Below, piece by piece: positions 38,967 through 51,884 of a stretch of DNA of 64,000 bases. The number at the start of each line of letters is the position of its first letter. The stretch's first letter is position 1. Source of the DNA: Podarcis gaigeae (Eukaryota); NCBI GenBank assembly GCA_964106915.2, contig OZ066923.1; one strand, written 5' to 3'. The translations under genes and the position numbers were made by a program. The notes beneath the pieces are model-generated. The model was not told where the DNA came from. It made no database searches and saw only the letters and a list, made by a program, of their open reading frames with translations.

Positions 38967-39747
38967 CAATTTTCCTACATGCACCAGACATTTTATTTCA
39001 AGATTTGTCCTTAGGGCTTTGCTTTTTTCCAGTTCTACTTTTTCCTTTGTTAGTATTCACCTGTATGAAAAATGCACCTTTTCTGATCTAACATTTATCT
39101 CTTTCTACTTACTATTTCCCTACAGTTTTGGCTTTTAAACACCCCCCCCCCCAATGTCTCTGTTGGCCAGTTCCACCTACATATGTTCAGCTTTTCAGTG
39201 ACTCATTTCAGATGTTCCTCCTGCTTAAATTCTTGTCAGTATTTGTTTCCATCCTTCCCCATATGTCATCAGGTTATTTTGAAATAATCTGCCTTCCCAT
39301 TTAGGCAGTGGAATTAGCTAGGTTTTCGATGCAGAGATTGTTGGCAAGTTGAAGAGAAGCATTACCACAACCATAATGTGTGTGTGTGCATTTTAAGTAC
39401 TTAGAGTTGTAGTCCTGTACCCACTTCCCTGGGAACAAGCCTCACTGAACTCAATATATTAGGATACTGCTATAAAATTACTAAGTGCTGTACATTTTTT
39501 AAAAAGATGATCTAAAAGACAAAGACGATCATAGAATTGTAAAGTTGGTGGTGCTTAAAATTATTATTTTTTAAGCATTATCATTCTTAATATAAGCTGC
39601 TTGACAAGCTGAGCAATTATGGATCCTATAAAATAGGCATTTCAGAAACCGGATGCTGTCTTTAAAAAGAAACAAAATCTGGATCAACAGCTTTCCAATC
39701 TCTGCCATTGTGTGAAAGAAACAGGTGTGTGGCCCATCATATATATG

Positions 39748-39952
39748 ATCATAGAATCATAGAATCATAGAGTTGGAAGGATCTAATCCAAGTCCCTGCA
39801 ATACAGGAATCTCAGCTGAAGCATCCATGACAGATGGCCATCCAACCTCTGTTTAAAGACCTCTGTGGAAGGAGAGTCCACCACCTCTGTTCCATGGCTC
39901 AACTGCTCTTACTGTCAGAAAGTTCTTCCTGATGTTTAGTTGGAATCTCCTT
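39748..39952 (-). mobile_element. CR1 LINE 3' end
   Basis: (ATTCTATG)n octamer tail on the minus strand (atcatagaatcatagaatcatag) with CR1 3' sequence. Confidence 0.88.
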
Positions 39953-40539
39953 TTTCTTGAGATAATCACTTGGTGCTGTATATGTGGCTGCCTTAAAAAA
40001 ACAACAAGGGCAGTTGATTATTCAGTGAGTTACATATTCTGGGAAGGTGAAGCTAACTCACTAGAATGAATGACTCAACAGGAGGTGTCCAAATAGAGAT
40101 CAGCAGAACAACAGACAACGGAAGCCTTCCCAGATGACCACAGCCTCCCCTCTACTGTGCCCTTTACTATCAGTTAACTCCATCCCTAAGCCATTCTTTT
40201 ACTTAGTCATTCAATTATTCTGTCTTGGCCCTTTCACCTTTGACCTAATGAAGTAATGCAACCTTCTTTCTGCATTCTATACGGTGCCAGCCTGGCCATT
40301 ACTGCTATTTCAGAAATATGAATGGCAATATAGCGAAGACACTGGCATTCATGCCGCAATATATATATATTAACTGTTTAAATGATAGCCGATAAGGAAA
40401 AGCAGTCAAGCTAATGTTGGACTGAGATATTTTTGTAGCTGCAGCAAAAGTCAAGTGTGCACATATATCTGGACATGTCTTCTATGGAAAACAGCTGATA
40501 TCATAAAAATTGACTCCCACAAAATATAATCTTTGAATT

Positions 40540-40668
40540 AGTGGTGGGGAGGAACCTGTGACCCGCCAGATGTTTTTGGACTGTATCATCCTTGTCCAAT
40601 GACTATGCTGGCTGAGGCTGATGGGAGATGGAGCTGTACAACATCTGGAGGACTGTAAGTTGCCCACT
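40540..40668. mobile_element. Palindromic hAT MITE, degenerate
   Basis: ccagatgttt ... aacatctggag arms as in the 3068 family. Confidence 0.55.
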
Positions 40669-40881
40669 AAATACGTGTCTGCGGCTTTTGCTGCTTTACC
40701 ATATAATAATAAGACGTTATCATAAATTTGTATTCTGCCTTGAGAGTGGAGCACTCCAAGTGTCCAACAAAGTGCACAAAAATAAAATTTTATGTAAAAC
40801 TTTATAGTTCAAAAATGAGAACAAATATCCCCACTAGAAGGGATTAGGAGGTAAGAGAATAAAGGAATAGTTTTTTAAAGC

Positions 40882-40883
<2 letters not shown>

Positions 40884-40916
<33 letters not shown>
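40884..40916. repeat. (CA)n microsatellite
   Basis: Direct reading. Confidence 0.95.
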
Positions 40917-40922
<6 letters not shown>

Positions 40923-41619
40923 TAAAAAGAGCCTGAACTCAGCAAGAGGTGGGGAGAAATGACAATTGTGGGTGAGGGAGACATAAGTCCAATGATTAAA
41001 GAAGAAGCATCTAATCATGTCTTTAGCTAACTCCGTCCTCTTAGAGTTCCATGAGGCAAGGCAGTTTTCTTATACAAGTGTGCTTCTGCAATTAGGGGGA
41101 CCGATTTGCCCTCCACAATGAGGGGGATTCAGCATCACCGTGGCATGTCCTGCCCCTGCCTGGGGTGCCAGCGCTCTCACATCGGTGGCGGGAGATGGAG
41201 AGCATGGAGGCGGAACGTCACCATCCATGTGTTCCGCCCCCGCCTGGTGCATGAGTGCTTGCCTGACAGTGGCAGGGGATGGGGAGTGCAAAGGGTGATC
41301 CTCACCCTCCACACGCCCTGCCCAGCACAACAGCACTCACTCAGTGGCGGTGGGGGATGGCGGCCTCCTCAATATTGGGGGGGGGGGCCTCAGCCACCTG
41401 CCCACAAATATTGAGGGGGCCAAAGCACCTTGACCCCCCTGCTTGCAATAAAATGTTGCAGCATGGAGAGTTCTCCATTTCACAGACATTCTGTTCCTAC
41501 ACACACACACACAGAGCGAGAGCCCAATTTTCCATTTCTCCCTAACATTCAGTCAGCATTTTGTGCCCATTGAGCATGTTCAGTCCTCACTAGGTCGTTT
41601 CCGAGGCCTTCCTCTGAGT

Positions 41620-41682
41620 TTCTTCTTCTTCTTCTTCTTCTTCTTCTTCTTCTTCTTCTTCTTCTTCTTCTTCTTCTTCTTC
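41620..41682. repeat. (TTC)n microsatellite
   Basis: Direct reading. Confidence 0.95.
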
Positions 41683-42052
41683 CCATAATAAGTTAAAATA
41701 AACAACCAATGTTTAAAAGAAGCTGTGCCTTTACTGCCTCGTTTAGAAGCCTGTAATATCTTTTAAATTTAGTATAATTATAAATTAGTTAGCTGTTTCC
41801 ATAAAGAACTTCATCTATCTCCTGATACATCATCCTTTATTAATGCCCAGCAAAGAATGCTCACTCCCTCATATGTTTTATTTGTGGTCAAGAACAGTCA
41901 TTAACTCTTTCATTTGTACAGTTCTAAAATTCTTAGAATGTATTTTGTATAGCCAACCACTTCGTTATATCTGAACTTCATTGTATTTGATTCCTTTGCT
42001 ATGGCTTGTGGCTGATACATCATTTGCGTGTTCCGACCCAGAAACCTCCCCC

Positions 42053-42810
42053 CTAAATAAATTCACCCTTGACTCAAATTTTGGTTTTGGTTTTTGCCAG
42101 AATTTAGGCCACAACTTAATTGATTACAGAAAGTGAGTGGTTGCACAGGCTCTGGTTCGACTAGCTCCCTGCACCGTTGCAGGTAGCGCTGACCCAGGGC
42201 ACCAGCATAGCTCAGCCAAAGGTGAACACCTGGATAAGCGGAAAGCCGGGAACGGGCTAACTCCGCCACCCAAATGTCCCCCTGGACTCAGGCACGGGCA
42301 CAACCCCCTCTCAGGGGTTCACCAAACCATCGAGTCCCTGGATTCCTTTAACAGAATACCCTTCACATAGGGATGGTGAGAGCCTTCTCCCATCCCTATC
42401 ACCTGAACCAGAGCCTATCTGCAACCTTACAAGTTGTGACGATTTGCTACACGGCAGGTGGAACCCAAATGGCAACAACCTATCAGCCAAGTGGGGAAAA
42501 TTCCTGCCGTGCCCCTGTCCCAACGACAAGATGGCATAGCAAGGTCAAGCACAAGCCCTAAAAGTAGGGAGAGGTGGGCGGGTGTTCCGAATGCACACGC
42601 CTAAAGAGGAAGCTCTGGGTCACATGCATGGGCATAAATAGGTCCCTCGAACTGTTTTGACTGCATCCCATTGGCCAGATTGCATCCAGCTTCGAGGGAC
42701 CTACCAATCGGGTGTTGTGGCTGACCAATAGTACCCACCCACAACACAGGGTGTCGGTTGTCCAGGTCTCACTGCAATACGTGCCCTCTTTAAGGGAGGA
42801 CCCAATTTGT
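42053..42810 (-). mobile_element. GC-rich retroelement terminal region (LTR or DIRS/Ngaro-like)
   Basis: Minus strand ctgtaatcaattaagttgtggcc matches the motif at 31375-31396; CpG-rich; ends uncertain. Confidence 0.4.
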
Positions 42811-42992
42811 TTTACCAACTTTGTTCTGTAAAATAAATCTTTTCTTATTTGTTCAACTTCTACCTGAGTCTCCAAGGATCTAAGTTTACCCCTCCACACA
42901 CAAAAACCGATATGATAACCCATGGTGGTTATATAGAGTATAAACATGGGTGGGATCCACCACAATTGATAGCTAGAGTGGTGGGATCCACT

Positions 42993-43098
42993 TGTTGTTG
43001 TTGTTTAGTCGTTTAGTCGTGTCCGACTCTTCGTGACCCCATGGACCAGAGAACGCCAGGCACCTCTGTCCTCCACTGCCTCCCGCAGTTTGGTCAAA
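42993..43098 (-). mobile_element. Severely 5'-truncated BovB (~105 bp)
   Basis: (CAA)n tail plus BovB 3' end; perfect TSD gtgggatccact. Confidence 0.9.
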
Positions 43099-43861
43099 GT
43101 GGGATCCACTACACAAGGATAAAATGTGATCCTGTTTTGACATTGCTAATAGAGTAAAAAAAGCTAATGCTGTATATACAGTGGAATTTGACAAATGTTT
43201 AAATATGGAAAGATGGGGCCCCAGACCCATCAATATAATAAAGGGGCAGGTATTCTGTCAAAATACAGCCAAAATGGAAAATTAAGTTTCCTGAAAGAGG
43301 AAAGAGCATCTGTCTTTTTCAGTCATAATGACTCATAGATCATGTTTTCCGCAGCACAATCAGTCCAAACTGCATTTGCAGTTGGTGTTCATCAACCCAC
43401 ATAGCTTCATTTCTTTAGGTGGATTCAGAAAGCTGCTTTTCTCTCAGCAAAAAGAGATTTTTAAGTGAAATAAAATTAAAATGTTCTCCTGGACTTATGT
43501 TATGATTCTAAGAACATCCTGAAGATTTGGGGTTAACGCATGTGATAGAATCAGTGTGCATAAGCTTGTGCATATGGTGAAATGGCTATACAACACCTCC
43601 AACATATTTATGCCCAGCTCTTAGTTTTTCAATGAGTTTTTACAGACCTTGGAAGTCTTTGCAGCGGCACAAGGCACTGTCATATAACTGGCCTGCAAAC
43701 AAGTCAGAACAATTCTCATCAAAGTCTGGATATAAGCTTTGTGCAAGCAAATATGGATGAATGCTCAATTAAGAGGTCGTGCAAAGGAGCCCTGAGACAG
43801 ACCATTTAGCCCAACTGAAACAACCCGTGTGCATAAAAAAAGTGAGTTGCGCAAATGCTCC

Positions 43862-43904
<43 letters not shown>

Positions 43905-43980
43905 TACAATATGTATACTCCGCCCATCTGCCTAGGTTTCCCTAGCCACTCTGGGCAGCTTACAACATATATTTAAACAT
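43862..43980 (-). mobile_element. L2 3' end with (AAT)n microsatellite tail
   Basis: (AAT)n at 43862-43902 followed by the same L2 end as at 18520. Confidence 0.6.
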
Positions 43981-45858
43981 AAAAGAGAGTTTAACATCAA
44001 GAGAGTTTAAATCTCTTCATATTTATGGGGTGAGAACCACTATGGCACAGACATTTCCTGGTGCCATCTTAGAAGACCCCTACTGTTGGTTTCTGCTTCC
44101 GTCACTGAGCAGCAGCTGCATGTCACAAGACTATGTTATCATTCCACAGTTCAGTTACTGTTGGGTTCCCACAGGAAAGGGAGACTGGATGTGACGTTCA
44201 CTGGTTTCCTGTTTCCTTTGTTGTGTCGTTTTCTTTGTTGTGAGTTGCTCTCTGCTCTCACAGAGGCAAGATGTATGTTTGTGTGTTCTCGGTATAGCTA
44301 GAAATAAAGCTTAGCAATGAAGCACTATACCTGCTTCATCCTTTCGTTTGCGGACTGGGATTAAACTCTGCTGGGCTCAAGTCAAAATGAGCCGTATCAG
44401 CTCAAGGGCCAGAGCTGAATAAAACCAACACCTACTACGGTTCTTTTGATCACCAGTGTTGCTTTCCTCAGAAGTTGTGGAGACATTGGCATGAGGAGAA
44501 GCTGTCTCATGGGTCCTCTCACACATGACCTCAGGGCATCTCACATTATCTTTGTAACATGGGAAGGTGCCATTCTGAAACATTTCCAATGCTGCAGTGT
44601 ATATGAGAAAGGGACAAGGCAGTCGATACACAAGAGAGTCCCTTTATGAATAAACAGGTAGAGTGTAACGGGAGAGGAAAGGTCTATTAAAAACAACCAT
44701 GACGGCTTATAAATAACAAACTCTCTGATTGTAAGTGCCCAGTAACAATATGACTCAAGAGATCACCTCTTGTGGTTTCTGTGACTTCTTTGTTGCCAAC
44801 AAACAAGCATTCCTGGAACACAGATGAGTGTTCTGAGAATTCCCTGTCTGTCCAGAGTCCTCTATTTTATCTCTGCTTTTTATCAGTCATTTACAAAAGG
44901 CTCTCCAGCTGCAGGCAAGCAAAGAGATGAAAGGCTTCAACAACATGGAAGCACAAGCTGATCTGCCCTTTGTAGTTAACCCGAGTTTATCTGAAGCTCA
45001 TTGTCAAAATAGTTATATGATCAACGTGTTGCTTCAATAGATGAAACCATACATACAAGAACACCTTGTGAATCACCATAGAACCCATACAACTGGTGAA
45101 ACTGGGGCAAAAGACATGAATTCCCCATGAATTCAATGGGAAGGATCCTAATCCCAAACATATTTACACAAAAGTTAATCTCATCCATTTCAGTGGCCAC
45201 ATCCCCGCTGCATTCTGCATAGTTTAACTCCAGCGACCCAACTCATGATGACCATTCCTAAATAAGTATTTATTTATCTGTTTTCATATTCGACCCATCC
45301 TGTCCCAAGACCAAGTGAGAAGGATTTCTGCTTCCAAATGAATCATTATCAAATACAAAATTGGTATGGTTTTTAAACAGGGAAATATCACTATGAAAAG
45401 AAATTCATTCACCTTTTTCCCCTTGCTAGCTTTAGTACCACCCTTCCCCCTCTGTCCCAAATACTATGAAACAATACATGCAACTATGGAAATATTTTCA
45501 CTGGAAACACAGTCATAAAATTCATGCTTGTACGATGGCCAAATTAGATGTCACAGAGCAGGTGTATTCAACAATCTCCCATCAAAAAAAGAAGGAAACA
45601 AAAACAGGTGCTATGAGCTTCGGTGGAGGAATGGAAACAGTTGCATTATCCTTCCTTTGCCAACCATTTCTCCACTCAAAAACACTCCTTCCAATTGTTT
45701 TTCCCCTCACAGAATCATGGAATATGGAATCTTTACCCCACTGGATGGAAAAACAGGTGGGTGGGTGCAATGAGGGGGGATTAGAATAGAAAAATGGCAC
45801 GGTCAAAAGATAGCTATCAAAAGCTTGTTGTGCAAAGGTCTGCTCATTGCTGTATTTG

Positions 45859-45989
45859 CAGGGCTTTTTTTCTCCCAGTTGAAGCTCACCAGAACTCAGT
45901 TCTGGCACCTCTCTGGTGGGCACCGTTGGCATTCTAAGAGAATGAGGAAGGCATTCATGGTGAGTTCTTTTTCTAGAAAAAGAGCACTG
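45859..45989 (+). mobile_element. hAT MITE (CAGGGCTTTTT family)
   Basis: TIRs CAGGGCTTTTT / AAAGAGCACTG; TSD tgtatttg/tgaatttg. Confidence 0.8.
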
Positions 45990-47494
45990 TGAATTTGTAT
46001 GTCTTTATGCGGTGTGTGTGTGTTTTCCCTTGTCTGCAGTTCCTTACATCATTCGGCCAGAAGTTGAAGAAGGAGCCTGCTTTTTGGAGACTGCCCTGTG
46101 AGGAGCTATGCAAAAACCTTGAGTCCATTTGGGACCTGGATTGAGTCACCCCTGGATCACTCTGTGTCCCATCAGGGTTTCTCCAAAGTGCAGATCAGGG
46201 CCAAACTCAGATTGGTTTGGGGCCCTCATTGATACATCTTTCTCACTTGAATATCCTCTTCAGGAAGTTCTGCTTTCCTAAATGTGATGGTGATTATCCT
46301 CATCATTACCACTATATTAATCACCTTGTAGACAACAATTTCCTGGCAAGGTACAATAAAGACAATTTCAAAACATTAAAAACCATAGCTGTCAACTTTT
46401 TCCTTTTCTTGCGTGGAATCCTGTTCGGAATAAGGGAATTTCCCTTTTAAAAAGGGAAACGTTGACAGCTATGTTAAAAACACAAAACAGCAAATAAATT
46501 TAAAACAAAACTAAAGCCGCACAAAATTGCCCTGAGTGTCTAAGGCCCATTTATCCAGCTAGGATAGCCTGTCAGAACAAAAAAAGAAATCTTCAATTGT
46601 TTCCGGAAAGTGCAGACACCGGGCGCCTGTTGTATCTAGACAAAAGTTCATTTTACTTTATATTCCAACCACTGATACAATCGTATTCTAAAATGGGGTA
46701 GGGAATCTGTGGCCCTCCAGATGTTGCAAGATGCCAACTCCCATCAGTAAGAACTGCAGTTCAGATGTCTGGCAACCCTGAAGGAAAAAGATATGCTTGA
46801 ATATTGTGGTTTCGTTAAGTACAAAAGAAAGAATGTAATCACTCGTATTGTCCAGGAAATCAACAGAATTCTCTAATGCGATCCTTTTTGGCTTTCATAT
46901 ATTTAACTGTAAGGAATACTCTAACAAATGAATGTATTATATGACTCAGATTTGATGACTAAACCGTACAAACTCTTGCCTGCGTACTCTCAACCCCAAA
47001 TTCAGTTTTGCCTGGGAAGGAAAAGCTGTCAAATTTCATATGCATGCTAATGAGACAAGGCTGGGTGACGTGGTGTCATCTGTCTTTAGCAAGTCATGCT
47101 CTTTATAGAAGCAATTGGGTCACAGAAAGGGTGATGGGTTGGTCATGCATTACTTCATTGCCTTCTGCTGAAACAGGGGGGAAGAAGAGAATATAAAACA
47201 TATTCTCTACTTGGTTTGGCATAGCTCGGTTTGTGTTGGTCACAACATTTATGGAATAAGCTGCTTATTGATTATTATTTTTTGTACAGCTTTTTCCAGC
47301 ACAATAGCATGAGAGTATGACCACCTGTGGTGGTCACATTCTCTGATAGAGACATTTTGGGGAAAGGTCTTCACAGAAACTAACAGTACAACCCAACAAA
47401 CTATTGCTCATATTCCAGTACTTGCAATTCTGGGTACTTCCCCCCAAAGACTTGCAGTCTATACTGCATATAGACTTTATTTTACACCCTAACA

Positions 47495-47846
47495 GCAGGT
47501 GGCGCTGTGGGTTAAACCACAGAGCCTAGGATTTGTCAATCAGAAGGTTGGCGGTTCGAATCCCCACAACGGGGTGAGCTCCTGTTGCTCGGTCCCTGCT
47601 CCTGCCAACCTAGCAGTTCGAAAGCACGTCAAAGTGCAAGTAGATAAATAGGTACTGCTCCAGTGGGAAGGTAAACAGCGTTTCCGTGAACTGCTCTGGT
47701 TTGCCAGAAGCGGCTTAGTCATGCTGGCCACATGACCTGGAAGCTGTACGCCAGCTCCCTCGGCCAATAAAGTGAGATGAGCGCCACAATCCCAGAGTCG
47801 GTCACGAATGGACCTAATGGTCAGGAGTCCCTTTACCTTTACCTTT
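47495..47846 (+). mobile_element. Sauria SINE
   Basis: A/B boxes, (ACCTTT)n tail, TSD taacagcag. Confidence 0.92.
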
Positions 47847-48029
47847 AACAGCAGCAGGAATAATAATTGCTGTAGAGTTTATTGGAAATGTTCAGTGAGA
47901 GTTGGTGCTGGAGGCTTGTGGGCATTTATTAATGGAACTTTAAAGTTTGTTGTTTAAAGTTTGTCTTTAATTAAACAGGTTTTTGAATCTTAAATTCAGA
48001 AGATGTAGAGCAAATAAGCAGAAGAATAT

Positions 48030-48220
48030 AGGAACATTAAGAAGAGCCTGCTGGATTAGGCCAAAGGCCCATCTAATCAGAGAGCATCACAGTGGCCAAG
48101 CAGGCACCTGAAGTCTAGTCACAACACCAGCCCCCTTTGAAAGTGAGCAGACCTGTGGGAAACCTACAAATAGGACCTGATTGTAATGTACAGTTCTCAG
48201 AGGCACACTGTCTCTGAGAA
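48030..48220 (-). mobile_element. CR1-type 3' end
   Basis: aagaagagcctgctggattaggcc...ggcccatcta pattern. Confidence 0.55.
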
Positions 48221-48613
48221 TGAGCTATGTGCTTTTATTGGATACTGAGTTGCTGATGAAAATGGCAAACCGTCAGGTATGGAAGGCAAATGTTACAAAA
48301 CGGTATCGTTTTTAGGCTTTGCACCTTGAAGGAACCCTTTCCATCTCATTTGTTTACTGAGGACCTCCTGCATTATTATGGTGGACTCCCCACGCCATGT
48401 TTTAAAGCTAGACAGGACTATTGGTCCCCACTATCACACTAAATTAACTATATCTAAAATATACCACCCAATGCTCCCTTGTTCATTGACTGTAAAAAGG
48501 TAAATGGCCATGGTTGTGGACCAGCTGTCTTTCATGGAAATGTCTCCAACATTATTTAGGACACATATCCCCTAATAAGCATTTGAGGAATTTCAGTGTT
48601 TCTTTGGAAGATA

Positions 48614-49152
48614 CCGTATTTTTCCCTCTATAGGACGCACTTTTTCCCCTCCAAAAATTGAGGGGAAATGTGTGTGCGTCCTATGGAGTGAATGCAGCTC
48701 CTTGGCTTCAGCGATAGCAACGCGAAGCCTCTCAAGTGCAGAGGGAGCGCTCCTTCCGCGCTCCGGAGGCTTCGCGTTGCTTTCGCTGAAGCCTGGAGAG
48801 CGAGAGGCATTGGTGCGCACCGACCCCTCTCGCTCTCCAGGCTTCAGGAATAGCCACGCGCAGCCCCTCCGGCAGGGAGAGGTTGTGTGGGGCTATGGCT
48901 TCCTCTTTAGCCCCACGCAGCCTCTCCTGGCTGGAGAGGTTGCGCGCAGCTAAAGAGGAAGCCAAGACAGCGCTGTCTTGGCTTGTGTCATAGCCGCACG
49001 CAACCCCTCCAGAAGGGAGAGGTTGTGCAGCCTGTACGCTGCTCTTTGGGGCTGGGGGGGGGGGGATAATAATTTTTTTCTTGATTTCCCCCCCCCCCTA
49101 AAAACTAGGTGCACCCTATGGTCCGGTGCGCCCTACGGAGCGAAAAATATGG
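48614..49152. mobile_element. Tc2/pogo-like non-autonomous DNA transposon
   Basis: TIRs CCGTATTTTTC / GAAAAATATGG, TA TSD, CpG-rich interior with internal inverted and direct repeats. Confidence 0.85.
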
Positions 49153-50894
49153 TAGTTTGAAAAGCATACTAGATTAAAAAGAAAGGATGGATACAAAACT
49201 CAGAACATGAACTATCTAGGTACTTGTCGGTTTCATTTCCTAAGCATCTTATATCCTCACTAAATCAAATACACACCAATCATTAATTTTTTTCCGATTT
49301 CTATGGCAGGGATAGTCAAGCAGGTGCCCTCTGGATATTGCTGGACTCCAGCCCCCAGCCTGGCCTATGGTCATGAGAAATTCCCAGTGGATCGTGCAAC
49401 ACATGCTGCACTTACGATCACATCCTCCACATGGCATGAATCCATCCGGTACGCTTCCAGGTAACAGTCACCAACCAGCACACGACTCTATTCCTTTCCA
49501 AATGAACTGCTTATAAGGTATTTCAGCTCAATCCCCACTGAAATGAGTCAAAGCTACACAGCAGCACAGTTTGGTGAACTGCACTTTCGGTGAACTGCTG
49601 CACAGCCTCAAGAAAAAAGGGATTTGTTCTCTTCGATGCATAGGATAAGCCAACCACGAGCACAATTGGTACTTATTTCTTGCAAACGTGTCATAATCTT
49701 CTGTTTGAAGGTACAGTAAGTCATCAATCATTCGTAATCAGGTGAAAATGTGCTTTGCAGAGTAATTACCATAGGGTGGCCAGCTTTAAACTAAAATCAA
49801 AGATCCTGTTACTGAATACACTAAATATGAGATTAATTGTGCTGAAGGGACAGATGGAAATAATTGCATGGGGGCTGGGTGGGGGAAGCCTGGAGTGAAA
49901 TCACAATACTGCTTTTTGTTTCAAAGGGCAGGATTTGTTTAATCCTGATTGTGCACACAAAGGATAACCCCCCCCTAACCTGCAATTAATCATGCTGCCT
50001 AACACCTTTCTCTTTATTTTATTCATCGAAATAATGGGGAAATAGTCATCCGGATCAATAATCCTATAACAGGATGACAGTTAATGTAGCTAAAATGAGA
50101 CCCAGCCAGCCTGATTAAGTATGACATACAGTCCATTGGCATGAGTTTCTGGAGAGTGGAGGTTGATGTGGTCACTTGGCCAGAAGCCCACAATCTCATC
50201 ACTCACAGGGGACTTCCAAATGGAAAATAATAAGAGCTCTCAACCTGTCCGGCAAATGAGGCACATAAGCATGTGCTTCAGTTTAAGGCTAATTGTGTAT
50301 AGTGGGCTAAATGCCGAAAGGTATAATTGATATGCAGATGCCTAAAGCCAAGCCTGATGCCAACTGCTACAGTCCGAAAGCCCACTTACTCCCCAATCTC
50401 GCTGTTCATTTCCATTTCAATCTGGTTCCAGGATCATGGTCTACATGAAACATTTGCCTTTGGAAGAGCTTCCCAAATTGACTTCAGGTGTTTCACTCAG
50501 TATTGAACACATATGCTTAACACATGCTTATGCAGTTGACTGGATGGCCTAGGGAACACTTAACCCCTTGTAGGACTGAACTTACAGTGATACAATCATA
50601 GCTTTTTAAAGCCAAAAGGACAGGAGGAATGAAAATGACCTCACATGTTCGTGTGTGCACAGCCTTCAACATTCCATCCATATGTTTTGTTGGAAGTGGG
50701 CTCCCTTCCTTAAGAGATCTTGTATCACCCCATCCCAATGTCCATCAGGTACAGAGGATATATTATTTTGATAGGTGGACTGCTTGTTGTGTTGAATCCT
50801 GTGAGGCACACATGTCTTTAACATACTTATACCTCTTATCTGATTTTACTTATTTGATTCAACTGGGGGTTTTTTTGCTCCAAGGCTTCTGAAT

Positions 50895-51352
50895 AATAAT
50901 GAGCATGGAAAATCACTTGTTTCCATGTGGTGATGGCAGTACTGAATCAGTAGCTCATGTACTGCTAGATTGTACTCTTTATAAAGATTTGAGGTGTGAG
51001 GCTATTACCCCTCTACTACTATCCATACCAGGTCACTCAAGCATTGCTACTGTGTCTTTTCTCCTGGGAGATCAAGATAACCAGGTGACAGCAAAAACTG
51101 CAAAAGATTTAGCAGGGGCAATTAGAATAAGATCTATTATTTGATTAACTTTCTAACATTCCTCTGCTTTTTTCTTTTAGAACAAAAGAAAGACTATTGG
51201 CTCACATGTTTTATCTGTCGCTAAAGAGTCATGTACCAATTCTGTCATTTGTACTGATGTAAAACTCCAGAATGTATTTTATACAGCTAACTATTTAGCT
51301 CTAACCCCAGTATATTTTATTTTATTGCTATGGCTGGTGGCTAATGCAAATA
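50895..51352 (+). mobile_element. Non-LTR retrotransposon 3' end with CCHC knuckle (RTE-X-like)
   Basis: PCGDGSTESVAHVLLDCTLYKDLR motif followed by an AT-rich 3' UTR running into the gap. Confidence 0.65.
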
Positions 51353-51539
51353 NNNNNNNNNNNNNNNNNNNNNNNNNNNNNNNNNNNNNNNNNNNNNNNN
51401 NNNNNNNNNNNNNNNNNNNNNNNNNNNNNNNNNNNNNNNNNNNNNNNNNNNNNNNNNNNNNNNNNNNNNNNNNNNNNNNNNNNNNNNNNNNNNNNNNNNN
51501 NNNNNNNNNNNNNNNNNNNNNNNNNNNNNNNNNNNNNNN
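51353..51539. other. Assembly gap (187 N)
   Basis: Run of N. Confidence 1.
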
Positions 51540-51628
51540 AAAGTGATCTGTGCCAACACAGCATCAAATCAAATGCAAACCTTCAGAAGACCCCCAAACT
51601 GGAACATCTCAAACAGCCACCATTGCTT

Positions 51629-51884
51629 TGTTGTTGTTTAGTCATTTAGTCATGTCCGACTCTTCACGACCCCATGGACCAGAGCATGCCAGGCACTCCT
51701 GTCTTCCACTGCCTCCCGCAGTTTGGTCAAACTCATGCTGGTAGCTTCAAGAACACTGTCCAAACATCTCGCACTGGGCTGATTTCCTTAAGAATGGAGA
51801 GGTTTAATCTTCTTGCAGTCCATAGGACTCTCAAGAGTCTCCTCCAACACCATAATTCAAAAGCATCAATTCTTCGGCGATCAT
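51629..51884 (-). mobile_element. BovB 3' fragment with internal deletion
   Basis: (CAA)n tail, perfect TSD caccattgctt, deletion junction near 51770. Confidence 0.9.

Noticed and set aside
44077-44380. Possible solo LTR (TGTTGG start, AATAAA)
   Set aside because: No matching inverted terminus or TSD found
46020-46110. Strong acceptor ttttcccttgtctgcag
   Set aside because: No convincing downstream donor or known peptide
47495-47570. tRNA gene
   Set aside because: A/B boxes belong to the SINE head; no complete cloverleaf or terminator
51325-51649. ORFs containing long X runs
   Set aside because: Artefacts of the N gap
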